Origin: Octopus vulgaris
Taxonomy: Eukaryota
DNA length: 64,000 nt
Assembly (NCBI GenBank): GCA_951406725.2
Contig: OX597818.1
Coordinates: 112,840,001 to 112,904,000, forward strand
Direction of reading: 5' to 3'
In this document: positions 54,030 through 64,000 of the stretch, piece after piece
How the letters are laid out: each line of letters begins with the position of its first letter
How positions within the stretch are numbered: the first letter of the stretch is position 1
The notes under the pieces: generated by a model
Told to the model about the DNA's origin: nothing
What the model saw: the letters and a program-made list of their open reading frames with translations, nothing else
The model's database searches: none
Program-made: the position numbers and the translations under genes

Positions 54030-54690
54030 GTTCGCTGCATATTGCAGCAGGTCTTCATCACTATTTGTCACATACTCGGCAAGCATTCTCCTTTCACTCC
54101 TTATAGAATGGTCTATACTAATTAGTCCTCTGCCACCATTCTTTCTTTTCATATTTCCGTTTGCTTTAGGGTGTAACGCTCATGAAGCGTCATCAACTTT
54201 CTCGTCTTTCTATCCAGTGTTGATGTTTCCTCTTTGAGGAAGGACGCACTATATCTGACCACTTCAACTGCCCAGATATTCATCGCGGTAATCAAAGTTT
54301 TAGCATTTAAGTTGGATTTCAACACCATGTTCACCATTTTTTGATACGCGTCTCTTACCTTGACTTTGTAGACTGTCAAGCTCCAAAATCCCTAAATAGA
54401 TATGCCCACTGCTGCGCTGTTCTCCCAGGGTCTCTCCTGAAGATAACCGCAATCCTCAGCAATCTGCTTTCTTCCCACTTTTCATATTGAGCACTGAGAA
54501 TTTGGTGATCCCAAATCCCATACCGATGTCCCTAACACACTTCTGAACTGTTTTGGTTAAGGAATCTGTTTTTCAGATTTCCCAAACAATTTCAAGTCAT
54601 CCATAAACAAAAGATGTTTCAACGATGGGCCTTTCTTTCGACATCAGCAACCCATCTTAATTTTCGTGTCATTGTTAGGGTATTAGTGCA
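54030..54690 (-). pseudogene. R4/Dong-type LINE RT C-terminal half/thumb fragment
   Basis: HLLFMDDLKLFGK (YxDD-type catalytic motif), DIGMGFGITK, YLGILEL, LKSNLNAKTLITAMNIWAVEVVRYS…LDRKTRKLMT; adjacent (ATT)n at about 54700-54750. Confidence 0.85.
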
Positions 54691-54721
54691 ATTATTATAT
54701 TTATTATTATTATTATTATTA

Positions 54722-54752
<31 letters not shown>

Positions 54753-55518
54753 CTTCATCTTCATCATCATGATCATGATCATCATCATAATCATCATCAA
54801 CAACAACCTAATTTTATGAACATCATAATTAATATCACTTCAATGAAATATTCATCACCAAAATGTTCTAATCGCTTATATTTCCGTCTTGTTACCCAAA
54901 AGGTTATGGAAATTAATTGCAAAGTGCATTTTGGAAGCATATTTTCAAATAATTTTGTAGATTCTGTGTCCGAGTCTCTTGGCTGTTTGTACTATTTATT
55001 TACTTGTTCTAGATGAGAAAAATAAGAATTTCTATCAACCCAGAACACTTGCTAATATTCGTTTGGTAGAAAAAAATATACAAAATCATCATTATGAATT
55101 TGTCTTCAGGGAATCGAGTTAACGAGATTAAAAAACAGTAGGTTGGGAATAATTTTCTAATATTTTATTTTCTACGACGAAATCCTAAGTGCAGAAAATT
55201 AGTAATAAGTACTTGGAATTGAAATTTCGCATACGCCATTTATTTTTTTGTAGTAAGTTGTATTAAATGGCATCTTTCTAAATTAATACGTCATTAATAC
55301 GTAAAACGGGAGCCAGCGCGGAGAAATGGAGAGATTTAATTAACGTCTGGCCGTTCAGAGTGGAAACGTATATAAATATTCTACTGTAGAAATGAGCTAT
55401 GAGAAAAGCTGATAGGAAAGAAACAGCGACAAAAATGTATACGACATTAATGACATAAATAAATACATAAATAAATGAATAAATAAATACACATGTATTG
55501 TATTTGTATATATATGTA

Positions 55519-55848
55519 CAGGGTGGACCAAAATGTTCTGACACATTTGGAGGATTAATAAAAGCACAAACTAAGAAATAATGAAAAGAAAAATGTTATT
55601 TTCTAATGTACATATAATGCCATTTTATTTCATTAAGTTTTAAAAATTCAATCAGCTAAATGCTTCCCATAATTGTGAACACACAGTTCGAGAGGTTCAT
55701 GAAAGTTATCGATAATTCTATGGATCATTTCTTCTGCAATGGTGAAATGTGATTTCTTCTTGTGGGGATATTTCAAATCAAAAGTATTCAGTCATCGCCC
55801 TGTGCCTATTGATAAATTAAAACGTGCAATTTATGTAGAAATAGCAAC
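55519..55848. mobile_element. Tc1/mariner-superfamily transposon terminal fragment with internal inversion
   Basis: TA followed by CAGGGTGG terminus; minus strand IAEEMIHRIIDNFHEPLELCVHNYGKHLAD; plus strand CDFFLWGYFKSKVF…LKRAIYVEIA. Confidence 0.8.
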
Positions 55849-55849
55849 G

Positions 55850-56223
55850 GGGCACTCCGTCGATTACGACGACGAAGGTTCCAGTTACTCCGATCAACAG
55901 CCTGTGCGGGAATTAATGTGCAAATGGCTGAGCAATCCACAGACATGCATGCCCTTAACGTAGTTCTCGGAGAGATTCAGCTCAAAAGAGAATGCGACAA
56001 GGCTGGCCCCTTTGAAATACAAGTACAGCAGAAACAGGAAAAAAGAGTGAGAGAAAGTTATGGTGAGAGAGTACAGCAGGGCTCACCACCGCCCCCTGCT
56101 GCAGCCTCGTAGAGCTTTAGGTGTTTTCACTCAATAAACACTCAAAATGTTCGGTCTGGGAATCGAAACCGCGATGCTACGCCCGCGAGATCGCTGTCCT
56201 AACCATTGAGCCGTTGCTCTTCC
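55850..56223 (-). mobile_element. SINE family C, full length (longer variant)
   Basis: Homologous to 23672-23997 with an extra internal segment of about 35 bp. Confidence 0.85.
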
Positions 56224-56277
56224 ACATTTATATGTAGATAGAAAGCTAAATTCAGATATATATATATATATATACAG

Positions 56278-56316
<39 letters not shown>

Positions 56317-56459
56317 AATGTCTCTATGCACGAACACACATACTCAGACATAGTAATATGCTGAGACGCAGACAAATTTTATGAAAATTAACTCTGGTTC
56401 ACAGACTTTTATACGTGTATATTTTGTAAATATAAAGAAATTACTATGAATTGATCTGA

Positions 56460-56640
56460 ATTGAATTGGACCGGTTTCAGCTCATGAGATGTGACCATGC
56501 TGGGGCACCGCTATTTGTTCTTGCTACATAACTTTCACTTCAGTGATTCATTTTGGAACTGGACAATTGGTGCATGAGGGAGTGTGACGCCGCTGCCCTC
56601 ACTGGCACTTCCTGCTGTGAAGTTGGTTCATCTGCAACTC
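56460..56640 (-). mobile_element. CR1/L2-type LINE 3' end
   Basis: VADEPTSQQEVPVRAAASHSL resembles the CR1-group ORF2 C-terminus; 3' UTR gcggtgccccagcatggtcacatctcatgagctgaaac. Confidence 0.65.
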
Positions 56641-57679
56641 TCCACAACATGAAATCTAGTTTGAAATGTAGCTACGTTTTGAAACCACTAATGACGAAAT
56701 TGCTTTCTACTTTATGTGGTATTTGAAAGAGCGTGTTATGCTTTAGAAAATATAATTGTAGCTAAAAAAACAAAACTAGTGTATTCTAGTATACGCTGTC
56801 TATATATTCTCGTCTCGCAGAGAAGACTGAGGAAGTGAGTGGCGCTGTCTGAGACGTGAAGAAAAAATATAGAATTTAAATAAAAACACAAAGGTGGAAA
56901 AGCAATTTGAATTCTTAAGCTGAGAAAGTTTCTGCATCTGACCTAAAACAACTCTTCTTCCAATACTTAATAAGCAACAAAATGACTTTTAACATGAATT
57001 TGTTGAATCTTCCAAGTTTTATTCCAGAGTGACTTCATAAGCGGATTTTATTCTGCTTGCATTATTCGGAGTTGTTTTTTACTTTACGCAAGCGAAGGCT
57101 ACTGTCTGTTAATTGAAGAAAAAAGCATACGAGCATTCTTGTTTATGTAACCATATATGCATATGTGTGGATAAATAAAATGATATATATATGAACACGC
57201 ACACACACAAACACACTCACACAAGCACATATATCCGTAAGCTTATATGCATAATTTAGATATATGTGAGTGTGTGTATGTGTGTGTGTGTGTGTGATTT
57301 AACGTACACAGTTTAACGATACAAGCTACTAACATTTTCTTGCTTTAGAAACGCGACTCTAGACAGGTTTTTATAACATGCCTTGTGTCTCCAAGCAATC
57401 CTTTGTCTCTGAGCACATGTCTTATTACATTTACAAAAATCAGGACGCTAGAGCAAGAGAAATCAAGAGAAAAAAAATTTGAAGATGGTATATGCATATG
57501 TGAAAGACAAAAAAAACTCAGAAACTTACAGATGTGTTCCCTTCGACCGTAATTAAACAGGTAATTAAGCTAGTTGTTGTAGAACAACGCAACGAAGAGG
57601 AGGACCAAAATCTGCAAGGCAGCTGCTTAATCTATAGCGGACGGTCAGGGATGTCCTTCAATTCAACACAAACAATTTT

Positions 57680-58025
57680 CCATATGCATTTGCTGACAAT
57701 TTTGCAACTGCAATTTGATGGAGCGGTGGAATTCCTAGATCTAAAAAGAATATGCGATCATTAACTTACGCTTAAATTGAATTTCTTAAAACCGTTTACA
57801 TATGGCACGGATTTCTCTGCGATTCCCCACTTGAACGTATGTGGTGTGGAGTTGGTGTTCAAATTCTCGATGCAGCTAACCAACTTAGTGGCTTTACTTT
57901 AGTCGATGAGTCGGAAAGAAGACGGGTGGTTTGCATAGAGTCTTTTGAAATCGCTATCGCATAATCCAAAGTAAATCTTCTTTTCGGTTAGGTTATCTTG
58001 AAGTGTTACTGTGATTTCTGCTTCT
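57680..58025 (-). pseudogene. Penelope-like element GIY-YIG endonuclease fragment
   Basis: AEITVT…KIYFGLCDSDFKRLYANHPSSFR…ATKLVSCIENL…FKWGIAEKSVPYVNGFKKFNL…IVSKC fits the YIG/FKxRYxNH/KW/CNLC/SKC layout of PLE endonucleases; contains stops. Confidence 0.75.
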
Positions 58026-58519
58026 CTCGAATTTTGCTAAATTGATCTTCATGTCGCAGTCTTTTACGTACGTCTTTATATTTGACTGGAGTTATGCTAA
58101 AATCTCGTGCAATATACAGGTAACGTGATATCTGGATTTCCTAATATATATTCCATATTTTGTATGCATTTCGAAAAACAGATCTCTTTACGTGTCATAT
58201 TATAATCGGCAGCAACTGTTTTTCAGAGAATTGGATGCATCGTTGTCTCCAAATTTAATATTGGGTTTTAATTCTAATGTCAAATGAATGAATTTTTAAC
58301 GAGTCATTATAATATATATAAATACGTCAGTAATTCTTGTATGCCATTTTTAATGAATGCTACCTATTTCCTCTTCGTCCTTTCACCATCTCCGTAAGCT
58401 AAATGCAAAATTATTCTACAAGATCAGTGACATTCTTATAACGTCATTAGCAATGTAATAAAACATTCTTAATGGAACAAATGCAAAGAATACAACATAA
58501 AGTAGTCGATTTAAAATGT

Positions 58520-58860
58520 TCTTTTCTATTCTAGTCATAAGGCCCGATTTATCCACCACGAAAGGATGAAAGGCAATGTCGACCTCGGCGGAATTGGAAC
58601 TCAGGACGTAACGGTAGACGAAATACTTATTTCTTTACTACCCGCACGGGGCTAAGCACAGAGAGGACAAAACAAGGATAGACAAACGGATTAAGTCGAT
58701 TATATCGACCCCAGTGCGCAACTGGTACTTATTTAATCGACCCTGAAATGATGAAAGGCAAAGTCGACCTCGGCGGAATTTGAACTCAGAACGTAAGGGC
58801 AGACGAAATACGGCTACGCATTTCGCCCAGCGTGTTAACGTTTCTACCAGCTCGCCACCT
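58520..58860 (-). mobile_element. SINE family A dimer (second unit tail variant B, deleted) with 15-bp TSD
   Basis: TSD tagt(c/t)gatttaaaat at 58503-58517 and 58861-58875; junction gacgaaatacttatttcttt at about 58617-58636. Confidence 0.9.
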
Positions 58861-60049
58861 TAGTTGATTTAAAATACTATCATACCGATAAATGAAACAA
58901 ACTTCCTAGAATTAATATTCTCGTTAAAAGTATAATTCTTTCCTTCAGTCCATACAAAAGTGCAATGCTTTTCCCTATAAATTATAATAAACTATATTAA
59001 TCTATAGATGTTTGTAGGCGAATATTTCCCAGTAAGATGAAAACTACTTTACATATAGGCATTACATTTTTCATATGGGGGGCAATCCGTAAAATCAAGT
59101 CATTCAGAAGTAATGTATTTTGCATCGATTTTTCACTGAGAGTAATTTGAATATTTGATAAAGAGTTTGTACGGATTTGACATCAAGAAATGGCGTTATG
59201 TAGCACCTCTAAATATATAATATTCCAAAGTATAATCAGTATTACGGAACGCATTTAAAATACAGAACTGCTTTAGGAAGTTCATAAGTATTGCTGGCTT
59301 GAATGAATGCTGCCCATTATGTTAAGGTTTACGAAGGCTGTATGGTGTGTAAAATTTCTACTGCATATATAGCATAACAGGTATCATATACGCGAATAGA
59401 CAGGAAAACGCTGAGAATTAACTTATCCAGGTAGCAGTTGAAATATTAATAAGAATGAGAACGCTTGAAAATCTATGAAATTGAGGAAAAAAAATGAGAT
59501 TTAAAACAACAATAGTTAATCAATTACTTGAAACTTGCTCCATTGTTATAAGAGAACTGAATTTAGTATAACGTAGAAATCAAAAAATATTTGATAGCAA
59601 GTTTTAATATTTAGAAGTAGAGCTATCTATTATGAACACCATCAGCAGTGAAAATATTAAAAATATACAATAATATTTATGAATAATCTGTGTGAATATA
59701 TTTATATAGGGAACAATTTCCTCTTTAGATATGCTGGTAATTCAATACTAAATGATATCATTTATCATAGAGCTTACGCTTCTCGCTGCTGAAATCGAAT
59801 AACGAATGAACATGTAATTGGTTTCCTGGAGGAAATAGGCCCGTTTTTTTTAATGTTGAGAAGCAAACATTAGCGGATTGCAATAGCGTCATTGTTGTCA
59901 CTTGCTTTGAAAGAGCGACCGCGCATTACTAATGATAAATAATATATATCATCTATCCCTGTCTGTCTGTGTGCCTGTCTGTCTGCCTGTGTGTCTGTCG
60001 GTCTGTCTCTCTATCTCTTTCTCTATTTTAACCCTCTCTCCCTGTATAT

Positions 60050-60114
<65 letters not shown>

Positions 60115-60294
60115 TACAAATATATATATATGCATATATATATATATATACATATGTATATATATACACATATATGTACTTATATATATACATATATATA
60201 TACATATATGTATGTATATATATACATACACGCACACACACACACATATATGTATATATATATACATATATGTATGTATATATATACATACACG

Positions 60295-60326
<32 letters not shown>

Positions 60327-60415
60327 CATATGTATGTATATGTATATACACATATATATATATGTACATATATATTCGTATATATATATATATACGTATA
60401 TACAATTATATATAA
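60050..60415. repeat. Compound (TA/CA)n microsatellite
   Basis: Directly visible. Confidence 0.95.
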
Positions 60416-62152
60416 AAGTACCATATCTATATATTCAAATAAAATACTAACTCTAACCGTGTGTTTACCTTTAGCGATTTCCATTGACGTTTTTATCACC
60501 TCATCGAGTTTTTATTATTAATATTGCCTCTTGCGCAAATTGGTAAAATTTTAGGGCCAAGTTAAATACATCCTCACAATAACCCATTCTGCCCTCTCTG
60601 ATGAATATTTACCACAGGAATTAGCCATACTATTAGTAATAAAATTGATAGTTTTGATCAACTTGTATGTAAACAGGAACCATGACAAAATTTTTTCGGA
60701 CGGCCTCGAACTTACTATCCTCCTCAGTTTCGGTACATTTGCTACCTGAATTCCTATATAATAAATCACAGTTAGATTTAATACAGCCATTGTATTCATT
60801 AACGTCCGTTTCACATCTGTGTTTTCTAAAGCCTTTCTCTATATATCTCTGTTATTTTCTTAGTTGCCTTACATTTCTTTTTATATAAAAGTAAAATGTT
60901 GGAGAGACGGTGAATTGGTGATGCATTGTGCTACACTGTGAAGGCAAATATTCTCTAATGAAAGGACTCTCTGCATAAAAACTTAATTTAGGGATGTGGA
61001 GTAAGACTAATTACTTTCAATGCGGAGACTATGGCCGTAATGAGACGAAGGCATTATTAGCATAAATGACAAACCTGTTGGTTATACTTAGGCCCCTCAA
61101 CCAGCTATCAAGTATCAATGTACAAAACCATTTCCAAGACATGAAGACATGTAAAACTCCAAAAACAAAAGGAGACATCTCCTAAGTGTAAGTGAATCAC
61201 GAATGAATAATGTTACAAAGCATTAACCGTTTGCCTTAGCTTCCCTAATAAGAAAATAAGACATTGAATGGCGAATCTAGCATTAGAAATTCTTAGGGAT
61301 ATTTATAATCAATGGGTGTCTTTGCCGAAATTTATAATTTATTTCACTATAGTTCTATTTAGTATTGTATGTCGTCATAAAAGGAATCAAAATTATAATT
61401 GCATCATTCTTTTTATCTTCTTTCTCAAATAATATATATCTAATTCTAACAGCGTTAGTTCATGTATTGTATTTAATAAATTTTCGTATTCCAGCTAATA
61501 TCTACTTTAAGTGAACTCTAACAAATTTAGATTGAATTTGTCTCTGATTAGCAAAATATAATTTAGTGAAATGCAATCGGGTTAACTGAAAATGTATCGA
61601 ATTCAATTTTACTTCTAAGCAAAACTATAAATAAATAAATAAAGAAGAAAAGAAAGAGAAGAGAACTGACAATATTGGAAATATTCATTTGCATTAAAAA
61701 CAGTTGCAAACAAATGAACTGTATCACTCGTTGAAATTAAATATAATGTTTATGTTTAGAATGACATTTATAATGATTATCTTCCGTTTATATATTCCAG
61801 AAATATACAAGAGAAAGTAGACGCGGTATATATATGTGAATATGTTTCACGTTTTTGTTGTGCTTTTTTTTTTGTTTTATTGGAATGTTTAATTTTGGAT
61901 TAGTTTAATTTTAAAACTTCTATCGTTGAAATTAATTCAGATTTTTTTTTCTAGAAATGCTTGCGTAGATATCTAAATTATTAGAATTAGCTGTCTCTAA
62001 GAAAAGGTCAACAATATTTAGAGTTAAAGGAAACATTTCCAGGGAAATGTGTATAGGATATAAACTAAATTTTAACAAGATTTGGCGATCCTTCGATATT
62101 AGGGCAAGTTTTCTATTTCATCTGAGAACACCGCTAAAAGTATACTTTTTCT

Positions 62153-62235
<83 letters not shown>

Positions 62236-62279
62236 ATCATTTACATATGCCTGCATACATGCATGTATGTATGTATGTA

Positions 62280-62317
<38 letters not shown>

Positions 62318-62322
62318 AATTA

Positions 62323-62876
<554 letters not shown>

Positions 62877-62939
62877 AGGCATGCATGTATGTATGTATGT
62901 ACGTATGTATAAATACAGACATAAATACTCACACACAGT

Positions 62940-63080
62940 AAAGAGGTTGGGTTAGACAGGATCTCTGATACGGTAGAATGATATGGAGGAGAGGATGTTG
63001 CACATACAACACGATCCCATCCCACTGGACGTCGCTGATGGATTTAAAGGAAGAGAGCGGCCTTTAAAATTTGGTGCCAA
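62940..63080 (+). mobile_element. Possible RTE-type LINE ORF C-terminal remnant
   Basis: KRLG*TG…MEERML…LDVADGFKGRERPLK resembles the RLRWxGH…GxRxRGRPxK motif. Confidence 0.35.
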
Positions 63081-64000
63081 TTTCGATGCTGGAGTTACCA
63101 GAACGAGGTTATACGTAACGACACTTTACCACAGGAGCACTAACTGATAATTGCTCTTTGTTTCCTTCAGAAGCCTCTCCCACGTAGAGGGAAGGCTACA
63201 TGGCATCAGAAGTCTACTGTCGAAAATATCTACAACAGTTTAATCGTAACATGTTCCTGGTTAATTTTCATGATTGTTTATTCAATCCATTTGCAGGTGA
63301 TATACAATTTTAGTGGAATTGTTTGTCGTCACTTACTGGTGTGTTTGAAAATACGAATATTGTTTGTCATTTTATGAAATAAATTTTGAAGATGAAAAAC
63401 GTTTCACCCGTGGATTGTAAATAGACAATCTATGGGAAAGTAGTTTATTTCACTATCAGGAACATTGCAACTAATTAAAATTAAAAGTTTACCCATTCAC
63501 AAAATGCTTATACAATTCTTTGCATACAGTATTACCGTATTATTCTTGAATACAGTATTACCGTATTATTTTCAAATAGAAATCCTCGCAATAGCTGTTT
63601 CTTTGTAAAGAACAATTTATTTGGAATAGTTATTTTGTCAGACAAAGCAGCATATATAAGATAAACGTTAACCAAGTCAGTTAGATCAATTTTATCATAT
63701 AAGTGGGCTGGTATAATTTAAAACTATGGAATGCGATATTGGCAATTTAAAAGGTCAAGGGAAATGAAAAGAAAAAATGCCCCAATATCCCATATGAATC
63801 AACCGTGATACTGGAGAACAAACGCATCCGTTTTGATATTCAAACGTAAAATTAGTGTCACTTTCGTGACTTCACGTCTTCGTGACTTCACGTCTTCGTG
63901 AGATGTATGTTTTTCTTGCATATGCGCAGTTTCTATTGTGTGTGTGTATGTTTTAGCCTGTACGTATGTAACGTGTCTTGGTATGGCTCTCAAAAGAAGT

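Noticed and set aside
63527-63900. Small tandem duplications (atacagtattaccgtattatt x2; tcgtgacttcacgtct x2)
   Set aside because: Ordinary slippage duplications with no further structure.

Overview
AT-rich, gene-poor eukaryotic DNA, most likely intronic or intergenic sequence from an octopus or other coleoid cephalopod. That assignment is inferred from the tRNA-headed and CORE-type SINE families and the very high microsatellite load; it was not checked against a database. I can support no intact host protein-coding gene. Almost all long ORFs in the track are translations of (TA)n, (TG)n, (ATCT)n or (ATT)n repeats. The window is a dense retroelement graveyard. It holds at least four SINE families (called A-D here), decayed R4/Dong-type RLE LINE pieces clustered in (TAA)n, and 3' ends of CR1/L2-, L1/Tx1- and RTE-like LINEs. 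It also holds three gag-like ORF1 relics (two with a zinc knuckle), Penelope-like element (PLE) remnants (a GIY-YIG fragment and several pLTR pieces with minimal hammerhead-ribozyme motifs), a non-autonomous Helitron, a pogo/Tigger-like MITE and a mariner-type fragment. The most unusual observations are: (1) a tRNA-headed SINE whose body carries a PLE-type minimal hammerhead ribozyme, present as an inverted pair inside one apparent target-site duplication; (2) SINE-A dimers with the same junction at three loci, suggesting the element targets its own family; (3) an ORF1-only element, a LINE 3' end and SINE-A sharing one 3' tail; and (4) a 145-bp inverted duplication that may mark a 2.1-kb inversion.
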